A DNA stretch of 64,000 nucleotides from a virus (IMGVR_UViG_3300035498_000732:62689-126688), one strand, 5' to 3'; positions 11,105-21,831 are shown, numbered from the stretch's first letter. The notes: generated by a model not told the origin, from the letters alone. Numbers and translations are program-made.

Positions 11105-11370
11105 TACGTGTAGGTAAATATTGTAAGGGATTTGCTTCGATAGATCAACTTCAACAGATGCCATATGAGGATTTTCATGAGTTGTTCTATCAAGCATATG
11201 TCCAAGCAACGACTGACGAAGGCCAGAAACAAAGAGAGGCAGAAGAAATAGAAGAGCAATTTGAAGAAATGGTACCTCAGCAGTACTACGGATCGACTGA
11301 CATGGGAATAGCTATTAAGAATGCCGTAGAAGCAGAAAAGAATAAACCTAAGAAACCGCCTAGGAAATAA
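11047..11370 (+). CDS. Probable -1 frameshift extension of 9134..11104
   Basis: -1 frame opens after TGA at 11044, 7 nt before CTTTTTA, and stays open to 11370; the ATG at 11158 has no RBS. Confidence 0.55.
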   Translation, partial: NTAFYTAAFGTHSQYIDNLVRVGKYCKGFASIDQLQQMPYEDFHELFYQAYVQATTDEGQKQREAEEIEEQFEEMVPQQYYGSTDMGIAIKNAVEAEKNKPKKPPRK

Positions 11371-11389
11371 AAGGAGAATATAAGAATAG

Positions 11390-11725
11390 ATGAATGATAG
11401 AATTTCATATATTAATTCCATTAATTTCCATGGTCAGCATGATAATATGGCCCCAACAATCATCAGATACTTTGATGAAACCATGGGGTTATATGGTATA
11501 ATAGGAAATAATACGATATCCATAGACGTTACTAATACAGATGGATCTCTTATTTTTGGTATCAATTTGAGAACTGTTTCTGATGCTGACACATTGGAAT
11601 CTACTTTAGAACAATGCAGTAGTCCAATAAGTATATATGGAAGATCTTTTTCAATTTCATATACTAGACATAATGATTTGGAAATACATATTACAGTGAG
11701 TCCAGTAAGTGCATCTCCTCTTTGA
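11390..11725 (+). CDS. Hypothetical protein
   Basis: 111 aa; RBS aaggag; terminator hairpin at 11710-11740. Confidence 0.7.
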   Translation: MNDRISYINSINFHGQHDNMAPTIIRYFDETMGLYGIIGNNTISIDVTNTDGSLIFGINLRTVSDADTLESTLEQCSSPISIYGRSFSISYTRHNDLEIHITVSPVSASPL

Positions 11726-11771
11726 GGGGATGCATTTTTTGCACATATTATTAATTTAAAGGAGGTGCTGT

Positions 11772-13577
11772 ATGGAAATATATGATAGAAATTTTCTATT
11801 AACAGAAGCTAATGGATTACGATTCTATATGAAAGATGCATCAAATAGTCTTGAAATAAAATTTCTTGGATTGAATGATAATTATGATAATCCTTTACTA
11901 GAGGAGTATGATAAAAAGAGTCAACTAAGATTCACTGCAGAGATATTAGATCAACAGAAATTCATTAAAAGAAATGAATTACAGAAGATAACGAATCCTA
12001 TATTCTTTGAACGTGCTGGAGTTCCTACATCTGATGGATTATTATCTAATGAAATCTTTGGTATTACCATGGAAGAGAGATCTGGTATATATGCTTATAT
12101 AGATCTTAATGGAACTTATATAGATCCATCAATATATAAAGCTATGATTAAAGTCAATCCAGATGTCAAGAAAGTAGTACATGGAATTGGTAGTTGGAAG
12201 ATTACAGATGATGGTAATCTAGTAGAAGATGAAAAGGGAGATAGTGGTATAGCATTTATTAAATCCAATATAGATAAAATTAAGTTTAAAAAGAATGATT
12301 CTATGAGTAGAAATCTCAAGATTGATTATATTGAGAAAAATATCAAGAAAGCATTTATAAAATATTGGATTGTAATTCCTGCATACTATAGAGACGTAAA
12401 TACATCTGGATCTAATGTAGGAGTGGGATTCATCAATAAGATGTATTCTAATCTTATATCATTTGCTAACCAGAGTTATGAAGAGAATTATTATGGGCTC
12501 TCTAAAACCCATGCTACGTCTGGGCGTATTCAAGAGACTATTCTTGCTATATATGATTACTTCAGTGGAAATACCAATTCTATGATTGGAGATAAAGATC
12601 AAGGTGTAGGACTACAGGGTAAATTTGGTATAATTAGACGTTCTGTTACATCTAAGACTGCTGATTATTCTTGTCGTTTGGTTATCTCTGCTCCTAATGT
12701 AAAAGCAGAGAGAAGAAATGATATGATGGTAGATTTGGATCATGCTGCTGTACCATTATCTACAGCAATTACCATATTCTATCCATATATACTTTTCTTA
12801 GTAAGAAGATTCTTTGAGCAAGAATTTTCTAGTAATACCTTATATCCATGTGTAAATATAGATACAAAAGAAGTACATTATTATCATGCTAAAGATCCTC
12901 TTATTGAGTTTTCTGATGAGAGAATTACAGCAGAGATGAAGAGATTTATTCATGGTAATTCTAATCGTATTATTCCAATTGAGATACCAGTGGAAGAAGA
13001 TGATGGAAGAACCTATTATATGTACTTTAAAGGAATACTTGGAGAACCAGGCAATCCAGACTATAATCCAGAAGCAATTTTTCAGAGAAGACTTACATGG
13101 GTAGATGTATTCTATAGAGCTGCCGTAGAAGCATGTAAAGATAAAGTAGGATTGGTTACACGATATCCTATGGACTCTAGATATAATCAGTATCCTATCT
13201 CATTGAATGTATCATCTACAATAGAGACTGAGAATATGGTTGTTGATAATACTTTTTATAAATTCTATCCAAAGATTAGAGAAGAAGATATAGGGTCCGA
13301 TACAAGCTCTATGTTTATTGATACATTCGTAATGAGTAATCTATATCTTCCTGCTATTGGCGGAGATTATGATGGCGATACTGTTACTTTGAAGGGAGTA
13401 TATACTACCGAAGCTAATGATGAGCTTAAAGCATATATGAATACTAAAGCTAATTATGTAGACCTTGGTGGTAATATCATTAGAACTCCTACCAAAGAGG
13501 CAATCATATCAATGTATTCTTTGACAATGATGACAGATAATATAATTGAGGGTGTATTAACTAACCCAGAGTTCTGA
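11772..13577 (+). CDS. Phage multisubunit RNA polymerase beta-prime-like subunit (N-terminal/catalytic half), probably the virion RNAP
   Basis: DGLLSNEIFG, GKFGIIRR, TRYP and catalytic GGDYDGD; late-type motif caca-tattat-taat at 11742-11755. Confidence 0.92.
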   Translation: MEIYDRNFLLTEANGLRFYMKDASNSLEIKFLGLNDNYDNPLLEEYDKKSQLRFTAEILDQQKFIKRNELQKITNPIFFERAGVPTSDGLLSNEIFGITMEERSGIYAYIDLNGTYIDPSIYKAMIKVNPDVKKVVHGIGSWKITDDGNLVEDEKGDSGIAFIKSNIDKIKFKKNDSMSRNLKIDYIEKNIKKAFIKYWIVIPAYYRDVNTSGSNVGVGFINKMYSNLISFANQSYEENYYGLSKTHATSGRIQETILAIYDYFSGNTNSMIGDKDQGVGLQGKFGIIRRSVTSKTADYSCRLVISAPNVKAERRNDMMVDLDHAAVPLSTAITIFYPYILFLVRRFFEQEFSSNTLYPCVNIDTKEVHYYHAKDPLIEFSDERITAEMKRFIHGNSNRIIPIEIPVEEDDGRTYYMYFKGILGEPGNPDYNPEAIFQRRLTWVDVFYRAAVEACKDKVGLVTRYPMDSRYNQYPISLNVSSTIETENMVVDNTFYKFYPKIREEDIGSDTSSMFIDTFVMSNLYLPAIGGDYDGDTVTLKGVYTTEANDELKAYMNTKANYVDLGGNIIRTPTKEAIISMYSLTMMTDNIIEGVLTNPEF

Positions 13578-13631
13578 TTATTTATTATGATGAAAACTTT
13601 GTAGTATTATGTAATTATTCGGGGTGAGTAG

Positions 13632-13964
13632 ATGAATAGCAGTCAGATACCAACACTCAAGAAGTGGGTAGAACACAAGTATGCTACTGGTACCAGAATT
13701 GAAGAATCTAATAAGACAATCATACTAGACCGAAATATTATTACATTAGATGGAGTTAGATTATATACAGATGGTATACGAGAAACAAATGATGAATTCC
13801 AGACTATAAATATATCTGGGTTCAATTATGCTATGGTATGTTTTTATGGGCAACAATACAAAAGTTTTATCAATAGAATCATCATATATTGTAATCCTAA
13901 TTCCTCATGGGATCTTTTTAAGTATGCCAGGACTGTGAGGAATATATTAAAAACCTACCAATAG
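13632..13964 (+). CDS. Hypothetical protein
   Basis: 110 aa ORF with RBS ggggtg. Confidence 0.6.
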   Translation: MNSSQIPTLKKWVEHKYATGTRIEESNKTIILDRNIITLDGVRLYTDGIRETNDEFQTINISGFNYAMVCFYGQQYKSFINRIIIYCNPNSSWDLFKYARTVRNILKTYQ

Positions 13965-14053
13965 TGAAACAATGAAGTAATTCATTTAAACCAAGTTTCT
14001 AAGAGGCACTATTCTGTGCCTCTTAATTTTTATGATTAAAGGAGGAAAATACT

Positions 14054-14806
14054 ATGGCATTAGGAGATTCAAATCAGAATCAGAATAGGACATATGCTCC
14101 TACATATTGGAGCAGATGGAGTATCAAACAGAAGGATGGAAAGCTTAGATTATCTCCAAGATTTTCATCTGGATTATTAACACTTGAGATTAGTAAATCT
14201 ACATCAGATTTCAAGTGGGAGAATGTGGCTAGTATTACACTTAGCCCTATGAAAGCTTCCATCTTTGCAAGTGAAGTAAATAAATTCTTAAATGAATTTA
14301 GTTTAGGGGAGTTTTCTGGTAAGGCATATGGCGTTGACACTGGCATTAAAGAAGTAAGACCTATCATTGCAATCACTATGATTGACGATCAGCCTACTAT
14401 TGTAATTGGAAAGGTTACTCCAGATGGAGCATTTGAGTCACGTATTGATTATAAGCTCAATACAGAATATCACTATGCATTAGAGTGGAGAAATCTTGAT
14501 GAGATGGATGTAGAGAAGTCTTATTATAATACAGCTGAAATTGAGCAGATTATTGATCTTTGTAATGAATTTGCAAGAAGTGCATTTGGAGCAACTGCAG
14601 CTGCTACATGTGACATGATGAAATGGGATTATCAGATGCCTAAGAATATTGAGGCTATTGCTCTTAAGCTTGGAGTGGAGACTGGTAAGATGAGCAGTAA
14701 TAATTCTCGTAGTGTTGGGAATTCATTCTTTAACAAGGATGACAATAAAAACAGTGGAACCACTAGGAGAAGCACAATTGAAGAATTGGAGAATGAATTA
14801 GGATGA
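14054..14806 (+). CDS. Hypothetical protein, possibly ssDNA-binding
   Basis: Strong RBS; beta-rich core, low-complexity linker and acidic C-terminus; promoter motif aaca-atgaag-taat at 13968. Confidence 0.45.
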   Translation: MALGDSNQNQNRTYAPTYWSRWSIKQKDGKLRLSPRFSSGLLTLEISKSTSDFKWENVASITLSPMKASIFASEVNKFLNEFSLGEFSGKAYGVDTGIKEVRPIIAITMIDDQPTIVIGKVTPDGAFESRIDYKLNTEYHYALEWRNLDEMDVEKSYYNTAEIEQIIDLCNEFARSAFGATAAATCDMMKWDYQMPKNIEAIALKLGVETGKMSSNNSRSVGNSFFNKDDNKNSGTTRRSTIEELENELG

Positions 14807-15471
14807 TTGATCTGGCGCCAGATATACATCCATTATTTTCATTTGGGGCCATTTTCGATACAGATTTTGGCCTCATAAAATTACTGAAAGATCAATACAG
14901 AGCAGAGAGTACTTTTGATCTCTCTGTTCTGGATCTTCCAGATGATGATCTTAAGAAGATCTTAGTATCAAGAAAAGATATCAATCCATTATCTGTTTGC
15001 ATGCTGGACTATGAGAATAATAAAGAATTAGCAAATGATTACTATGATCAATTTATGGATAACGAAATAGTTAATATCTTAGATAGATCTGCATTTACTG
15101 CTATTGGAAGACTCTTTATTTTATGCCCAACTGCATCAGATGATATTTGCCCAGCTGTATCATTTAGAAATAAATATGAGGTAGAATTTCTTAGGAATCA
15201 GATATTAGGATCTGAATATAAGATTGACTATGATGAAGTAATGGAGACAAATTTGAATTGTAGTGGCTATGATCCTATAATTGTAAAAGATTGTATGGAA
15301 TTTGCCACTTATAGAAACTATGATGGGCATAATATATATTTACCTCGTTATGGTTTTAATATGATTCACCAAGATGGAAAAGAATTGGTAGAACCTACTA
15401 TAGCTATTGGCTTTTTGAGGCATCAGTGTATAGTAAGTTTTATTGATGTATATAAAAGAAAGGAAGGGTAA
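14803..15471 (+). CDS. Hypothetical protein
   Basis: 222 aa; ATGA overlap with the upstream gene. Confidence 0.7.
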   Translation: MIDLAPDIHPLFSFGAIFDTDFGLIKLLKDQYRAESTFDLSVLDLPDDDLKKILVSRKDINPLSVCMLDYENNKELANDYYDQFMDNEIVNILDRSAFTAIGRLFILCPTASDDICPAVSFRNKYEVEFLRNQILGSEYKIDYDEVMETNLNCSGYDPIIVKDCMEFATYRNYDGHNIYLPRYGFNMIHQDGKELVEPTIAIGFLRHQCIVSFIDVYKRKEG

Positions 15472-15472
15472 T

Positions 15473-17446
15473 ATGAGTGATACCGAAAAGGCCACAACAA
15501 TTGCTAATATTGAGACAGAAGAAGGCCCTGTAGAAGTAATGGATGAGGAGGATTATATTAGAGTAGCTGTAAGCAATGGCATGAATATTGATAAGCTTGA
15601 TAAAGCTATTCAGAAGATCAATCCAAAGAAGAAACCAGAAGATATTATTATCTCTAATATCGTAAAGAAGCCTTCTCTTAGAAGAGTTCAACTCAGAACC
15701 ATTAAAGATCTGGCAGAAAAGGTGATGGCTACATATGGTCCTATGGAATCCAATACCGCCATAATTAAAGGAAACTCCAAGGAAACTATGGTTACTAAGT
15801 ATTCTAAGGATGGGCATACAGTATTAAAAGGCAATACATACATTGATCCTATCGAGATGTCTATCCAGGCAGAAGCAGAGAATATTACTAGCCGTGTAGA
15901 GAGAGAAGTTGGAGATGGTACATCATCTGCTATTGAGATGGCTGCTCTTATCTTTGAAGAGCTATGCAATATTGAAGAGCAGGCAAAATATCGTCCTTAT
16001 GCTCTTATGAGATCTTTCCAGAAGGTAGTAGATATGATTAAAGATGAGATCAAATCATCTGCTAGTCCATTAGAGTTAGATGATATCTATAATATCTCTA
16101 TGATTTCTACTAATGGAAATACAGAAATTGCTACTCAGATGAGGCAGATTTATGAGACTTACGGCAATGATGTTTACATTGATGTCCGTCCTAATACAGG
16201 CAAAGAAGATATGATCAAAGTATATGACGGATTAACTATGGATGTGGGATATTCTGATGTAGCATATGTAAATGGTGCTGATGGAATGTCTACTATTAAG
16301 GATGCTAGAATATATTACTTCTTAGATCCTATTGATACTAGAGAAATGATCTCACTCTTTGAGAAGATTATCATTGAGAATATCATGATTCCAATGCAGA
16401 ATGAGATGCAATGTATTCCTACAGTAATTGTATCTCCAATCATGTCCAGAGATATGTCATCGTTGATGGAGCAGGTTGTGACCATGATGTATAAATACAA
16501 TGATGCAGGATTAATTTCTCAGAAGCCACCACTTTTGGTTATTACTAATCTTGGAGTATATACTGAGTATTTTAATGATATCTCAAGGCTCTGTGGATGT
16601 AAAGCTATCTGCAAATATAATGATGACGAAATTTATAAAGCAGATGTAGAAAAAGGATTAGCTCCTACATTAGATACTGTAGTAAATTTCTATGGAAAAT
16701 GTGATGAAGTATCTGCTGGTGTAGATAAGACCAAATTCATTGGGCCTCATCTCATTCATGCAAGAGATCCAGAGACAGATGAAGTATTAAGAGATGAGAA
16801 TGGCGATTTCATTCCATCATCTACATACAAGATTGTATTGTCATCTCTTGAGGGTGAGCTTATCAATGCTCAGAATAATAAAGCTGATGCAAATGTAATT
16901 GGTAATCTTAAGAGAAGAATTAATTCTTTAAAAGCCAATATGATTGATTTCTTTGTAGGTGGAATGTCTATTTCAGATAGAGATGCAAAGAGAGATCTTG
17001 TAGAAGACTGTGTACTTAGTTGCCGTTCTGCTGCTAAGAGTGGTGTTGGGTTTGCTGCTAACTTTGAAGGATATATGGCTTCTCTTTTTGTATGGAGAGA
17101 ACTTCGAGATGAAGCAATCAAGTCTGGTAATGAGGAGAGTATTTCAGATAATTGTGACATTTTAATGGCTCGCATCATCGTATCTGCTTACTACAATATG
17201 CAGGTTAAGTTGTACTCTACATATGAATCTGATTTAAAGAAGGTAAATGAGATTATCATGCAAGGAGCACAGAAGTATGGCAATCCATTTAATCTGGCTA
17301 CAGAGAAATATGATGGAAAGGTTATTACTTCCATTGATACAGATATTGTAATCTTAGATTCTATTGCTAAGATTATAACTCTGATGTTTACGGCTAATCA
17401 GGCTATGCTTCCTTCACCTGTAGGAAATAAATATTTGAACGATTAA
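15473..17446 (+). CDS. groEL: Phage chaperonin, GroEL/Cpn60-like
   Basis: TYGP, SKDGHTVLK, VGDGTSSA, ISTNG and RRINSL motifs; start moved to MSDTEK (RBS ggaaggg); no groES adjacent. Confidence 0.9.
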   Translation: MSDTEKATTIANIETEEGPVEVMDEEDYIRVAVSNGMNIDKLDKAIQKINPKKKPEDIIISNIVKKPSLRRVQLRTIKDLAEKVMATYGPMESNTAIIKGNSKETMVTKYSKDGHTVLKGNTYIDPIEMSIQAEAENITSRVEREVGDGTSSAIEMAALIFEELCNIEEQAKYRPYALMRSFQKVVDMIKDEIKSSASPLELDDIYNISMISTNGNTEIATQMRQIYETYGNDVYIDVRPNTGKEDMIKVYDGLTMDVGYSDVAYVNGADGMSTIKDARIYYFLDPIDTREMISLFEKIIIENIMIPMQNEMQCIPTVIVSPIMSRDMSSLMEQVVTMMYKYNDAGLISQKPPLLVITNLGVYTEYFNDISRLCGCKAICKYNDDEIYKADVEKGLAPTLDTVVNFYGKCDEVSAGVDKTKFIGPHLIHARDPETDEVLRDENGDFIPSSTYKIVLSSLEGELINAQNNKADANVIGNLKRRINSLKANMIDFFVGGMSISDRDAKRDLVEDCVLSCRSAAKSGVGFAANFEGYMASLFVWRELRDEAIKSGNEESISDNCDILMARIIVSAYYNMQVKLYSTYESDLKKVNEIIMQGAQKYGNPFNLATEKYDGKVITSIDTDIVILDSIAKIITLMFTANQAMLPSPVGNKYLND

Positions 17447-17454
17447 TTAATTTT

Positions 17455-17486
17455 GCAGGTAGGCTTTTAGTCTACCTGCTCTTTTT
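17455..17486 (+). terminator. Intrinsic terminator (GTAGGC hairpin family)
   Basis: gcaggtaggc-tttta-gtctacctgc plus T-tract; related hairpins at 27568, 42613 and 49544. Confidence 0.75.
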
Positions 17487-17502
17487 AAGGAGGATAAGAA
17501 AA

Positions 17503-17667
17503 ATGGATAATGCAAAAAGTATAGAAGTTAGAGTTACTGATATTAATAGCATGGATGTATTTATGACTTGTGTGGAAGCTGTCAAAGATGATAAAGGGCA
17601 GATTACTTATAATACAACCAATATCAAGATCTCCAGAGGAGATATACAGAGATTAAATAGGCTTTAA
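17503..17667 (+). CDS. Small hypothetical protein (54 aa, below ORF-track cutoff)
   Basis: RBS aaggagg; MDNAKSIEVRVTD...RLNRL. Confidence 0.65.
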   Translation: MDNAKSIEVRVTDINSMDVFMTCVEAVKDDKGQITYNTTNIKISRGDIQRLNRL

Positions 17668-17696
17668 TACCTATATACAGCTAAAGGAGAAACGTA

Positions 17697-18224
17697 ATGG
17701 AGCAATTTACTAGAATTAACAGTGAAATGATAAGTGATCATAGAACAAAGTGTAATGACGGAACGTTTAAATATCCATTAATCAATGGTGGAGCAAGGTT
17801 TGCTGGAACATATAAGGCTGATGATGAAGTTGGGCGAGAATATGCAGTATTCTATTCATTATCAAATGAATACTGTGGTGAAAGTTTTGACGATATGAGA
17901 GGAGTAGAAAGGACAACGATTATAGACATGGAATCTATTTCTAAATTAAGCAGGAAATTGAAGATTTATGATGTAAAAAAGAATGGAATTGTAAGACTTA
18001 TTGAAGAGTCTAAAAATAATGACTTGGTGAATAGAATTGTTATATCATACATTATTCATTCTAATAAACATGTGGTAGCTGCATCAAAGCATTTGTATTC
18101 ATTTAATAAAGATGAAATGTGTGATGATACATATCTTATGCTCTCAGATATCGTTAAAGATTATCCATGCATTGAGCATTCAGCTATTGAAGATGGAAAG
18201 TTATTTATAGATGTATGTGAATAA
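17697..18224 (+). CDS. Hypothetical protein
   Basis: 175 aa; RBS aaggag. Confidence 0.7.
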   Translation: MEQFTRINSEMISDHRTKCNDGTFKYPLINGGARFAGTYKADDEVGREYAVFYSLSNEYCGESFDDMRGVERTTIIDMESISKLSRKLKIYDVKKNGIVRLIEESKNNDLVNRIVISYIIHSNKHVVAASKHLYSFNKDEMCDDTYLMLSDIVKDYPCIEHSAIEDGKLFIDVCE

Positions 18225-18302
18225 GGTATATATTGTTAGTAATGTGGGAAATTATAATTAGATAAACTTTTAATTATATTTCTTTAAAGGGGGTGATGGT
18301 GT

Positions 18303-19064
18303 GTGGTAACAACTTTTGCGCAATATATTAATAATCCTGCAGGTATGAAAAATGCTGTTATCTCTCACAGAGAGATGTACAGACAATTGTATTCAGCTAA
18401 GCTGGATGCAATTTATATCCGCGAAAATGGTAATATAGACTATGTGGTCTATAAATCTAAAGATGATTATTATATTCATTTTAAGATTCCATCTGAAATG
18501 ATAGAAGATTTCTATTATGATGTGGTATTACAATTTTCGCCTGCAGGACTTGGCAAAGGATTATCCACTTCTATAAGTGACTATTCTATCAGATTCTTTT
18601 CTAATGATCCTTCTTTCATGTATACTTTTACCCATGCATTTTATAAGAATGATTTATTAATTAAAGATCTCATGCCAAGAATGTCTAAGACTGCTCTTAG
18701 AAAAAATGCTGATGAGAAAAATCCAGATAACCAGATAGGATATGTGAAGGTATTTTACTTCGCATATCTTATTATGGAGAATAAATCGTTATTTTCTAAG
18801 ATCAGATTAGATTCTATGTCTATTCCATATGACAAAAAGAAATTACTAGCCGATGTAGTTGATCAAGACACTAAGGTAACAGAACGACAAGAACAAAAAC
18901 CGAAAAAGCCTAAGAAAGACAAGTCCGCTGAATTGCCGGAAGAAGAGACTAGAAAACCTGGGAATGCAACGCCCAGAATTAAGAGAACCAGTGGAGTCAC
19001 TAAAACGCCAGTAACTAAGAGAACACCTAAAACTGGCAAAGTGAAACGAACAAAACGTATTTGA
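18303..19064 (+). CDS. Hypothetical protein with Lys/Arg/Thr-rich basic tail
   Basis: 253 aa; RBS ggggtg; C-terminal KRT/KT repeats. Confidence 0.7.
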   Translation: MVTTFAQYINNPAGMKNAVISHREMYRQLYSAKLDAIYIRENGNIDYVVYKSKDDYYIHFKIPSEMIEDFYYDVVLQFSPAGLGKGLSTSISDYSIRFFSNDPSFMYTFTHAFYKNDLLIKDLMPRMSKTALRKNADEKNPDNQIGYVKVFYFAYLIMENKSLFSKIRLDSMSIPYDKKKLLADVVDQDTKVTERQEQKPKKPKKDKSAELPEEETRKPGNATPRIKRTSGVTKTPVTKRTPKTGKVKRTKRI

Positions 19065-19111
19065 GATATATATTATATACGTGAGTTTCATTTAGGGAGG
19101 TTTAAAAAATT

Positions 19112-20029
19112 ATGGAAGAATGTGTTGATTTTAGAAACGGCCCACCATTTATAGCAGTCGATTCATGGATAATTGACAGAAAGGAGGACAATATTATTTG
19201 CTCCAGTAAAGGAGCACTTTTTGCACCTGTAACAAAGGTGCTTTATGGAGATGATGATCTAGACAATCCAGCAAATTGTTTCATCTTATCACCAAAGAAG
19301 TGTTATAACTCTGATGAGATGAGACCGCACATGTGTCTGTACATAAATTACTTTGAAAAGTTTTATGATACAGATAAAGAATATTTAACCGTGATGGCTA
19401 AGATTAAGTATTATATTGATTACCAGCCATCATATACGAAAGAGATGTTTATAAATGACATTATCAGATATATTCTGACATCAGATATATTTGGTAAAGT
19501 CGGTACAATGGTGATGGATAATTACTTTATTCATTTGAAGTATAAAAACCCAAAGAATCCAGCACTAGAATATACGGATGATCATGCTAGAATTTTAATG
19601 CATATGAGTATATTAATGAATCTATGTATTCCATTATTAACACATTTTGCTTATGTGAAGAAAGTGGAAAATGTAGATGAATTTTTACTAGAAGCGTTTG
19701 ATAAGATATTTGAATTATTTGGCGTAGATATGTTTTCTAAGTTATATGAAACTTCCATAACCAATATCAAGGAGAAGGCAAGAAATGATGAAGAGTTATG
19801 GAATATGCAAGACATCAGAGGCATTAATGTTATTACACATGCACAATCTGCTGTTAGAAATATAATTTTAAATCTAATGCCAAAATATGTATTCAGCGCT
19901 AATGTGGTTAGTCTTAACTTCGTGAGTATAAAAAATTGCACGAAATATACTATTGATATAGGATATGAATATAGTTTTATAAGTTTATCTTCATCAAGGA
20001 GGGATGAAGATAGTACCAGTGAGTTCGAT
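19112..20029 (+). CDS. Exon 1 of an intron-split gene (spliced product 521 aa)
   Basis: Ends at ...SEFD; joins in frame to KYEAQLVKQNES of exon 2. Confidence 0.8.
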
Positions 20030-20471
20030 TGGAGTACAGTCGCGCGTTGTCGTGAGGCAGCGTAGAAACCTCTCTTGGATATAGGAAATATATCCGTGCT
20101 GGGAAGTGCTAAAGCCTGATAGCCTATATGGAGACGAAAGTCAGAAACAAATATCGGGATGGTATATGAGGAAACTCTAAGTACTATAATAATGCGCAAT
20201 CAGCAATGAAGCATTACTATTATTAGTAATGAACGTTCAACGACTAGAAAAAGCTAAATATCTGCATTTGGAGAAATACCATAAATGGTGGTCAAGACTC
20301 AACCAATAAACCAGGCAGGTTGAAGATAAGCATATTCATTAGAGTATGTGAAGCGAGTATCGTTAGTGATTAAGTTCACGAAATGGGAGGCATCTCAGGT
20401 GTACGGTAACAGTATGCCTAAGATGAAGATATAGTCTCGTCATATAGGTAACACCTATAGTTAAGAAGACG
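20030..20471 (+). ncRNA. Group I self-splicing intron (IA-type), no homing endonuclease ORF
   Basis: P tgctgggaa (20097), Q aatcagca (20198), R gttcaacgactag (20235), S aagatatagtc (20426); P1 CGAU/GUCG with U.G at the 5' splice site; P3 cctctc/gggagg; P9 hairpin; terminal G at 20471. Confidence 0.9.
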
Positions 20472-21119
20472 AAGTACGAAGCGCAATTAGTTAAACAGAA
20501 CGAATCTATGTATATCCAGAATAAAGTAAATTCAGAGGCTACTATGCAATTGATAGAAACATTGTATGGACCCTTTGATCAAGATGAGATTGATTTCTAT
20601 TTCCATGAACTTGGAGATTATGATGCTGTTATAAATAGCTTCCAGAAGAAATTGATTTTCAACTTGTTTTACAAATATTTTGGAAATACTGTTTCTGCTA
20701 ATTCTATTAACAGAATAGATTATATTAAATTGATGATTGCAGCAAAAAGAATTCTGCAGTCTCAATGTTTAGTAATGCTACCTTATGTGATTAGCAGTAA
20801 GGTAGAAAAGTTAATCAGTCGTAAGTCTGTAAATCGTAAGGACCTTGTAAAGATTGAATCTTCTGAATTATTTCCACAAGTTTTACAGAAGTATCAAGAA
20901 CCTGTATTTGATCCTACAACACAAGATTCAGATAATGCTTTAGCATATAATGCTGAGAATAATAAAATCATTAAAGAGATTCTCAGTATGATAGCGACTG
21001 TATTAAGTAGTGACTTTAAGATCATTGATTATAATGATCCAAAAATTAATGGCAAAACAATAGAAATAATTCCAGATATTATTATAGAGGAATTTTTAAT
21101 CTATGTAATGCTGATATAA
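20472..21119 (+). CDS. Exon 2 of the intron-split gene
   Basis: Frame open from 20472 into the 20508..21119 ORF, whose ATG lacks an RBS. Confidence 0.8.
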   Translation, partial: KYEAQLVKQNESMYIQNKVNSEATMQLIETLYGPFDQDEIDFYFHELGDYDAVINSFQKKLIFNLFYKYFGNTVSANSINRIDYIKLMIAAKRILQSQCLVMLPYVISSKVEKLISRKSVNRKDLVKIESSELFPQVLQKYQEPVFDPTTQDSDNALAYNAENNKIIKEILSMIATVLSSDFKIIDYNDPKINGKTIEIIPDIIIEEFLIYVMLI

Positions 21120-21135
21120 GAAAGGAGTTGTATTT

Positions 21136-21831
21136 ATGAAATATGAGAAATATATAGCTCAAGATTTTAAGATGGAGTTCTTACCAGATAGAACTCCATA
21201 TGTATATACTAAGATTACACCTGAATGCCAAGAATATCTTGACCAGGTTACTGAATCTGGTATTATGATTTTCACTAATGCAATTAAAATGAGTGGATTA
21301 GATGATATAATCAATAGAATAGGAAGAGATAAAGATTATCTTACTATCGTAATGGGTAAAAAGGCTAGGCATAAATCTAATGATATTAGTGAAGAAATGA
21401 TCATTAATTCAGTAGATACTTTAATGGATATTGTGTGCGGTACAATGGATAAATATCCTGCAACGGGATATCTTTCTGATAATATTACACCTATCTATGT
21501 AACAGGCAGAGCTAATTATCCAGACAAGTTTACTGATATTATCAAAGATGCTGCGGTGTCATATGATGATAACAATGTATGCTATTCTGTTATGCTTGAT
21601 CCAAAAGCATATACATCATGTGTTGCACCATATAGCTCAGTATATACACAAGCAGAAATCTCTGTTATGAATGCAGTAGATGCTATTACATATGATGATG
21701 GCAATGCTGTCATTGTTACAGATGCTAATGATGGCTCTGGACCATCTATAGAGAGATGCCACAAGATTGCATGCTCTGTATTATTCAATGTAGTATCTAT
21801 AGCAAACACCATAAGTGTAATGACATCATAA
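21136..21831 (+). CDS. Hypothetical protein
   Basis: 231 aa; RBS aaggag. Confidence 0.7.
   Translation: MKYEKYIAQDFKMEFLPDRTPYVYTKITPECQEYLDQVTESGIMIFTNAIKMSGLDDIINRIGRDKDYLTIVMGKKARHKSNDISEEMIINSVDTLMDIVCGTMDKYPATGYLSDNITPIYVTGRANYPDKFTDIIKDAAVSYDDNNVCYSVMLDPKAYTSCVAPYSSVYTQAEISVMNAVDAITYDDGNAVIVTDANDGSGPSIERCHKIACSVLFNVVSIANTISVMTS

Noticed and set aside
19651-20199. Minus-strand 182-aa ORF as an intron homing endonuclease
   Set aside because: Antisense to exon 1; no HNH, GIY-YIG or LAGLIDADG motif
19112-21119. Two separate genes or a pseudogene
   Set aside because: Group I intron elements and an exact in-frame join explain the break
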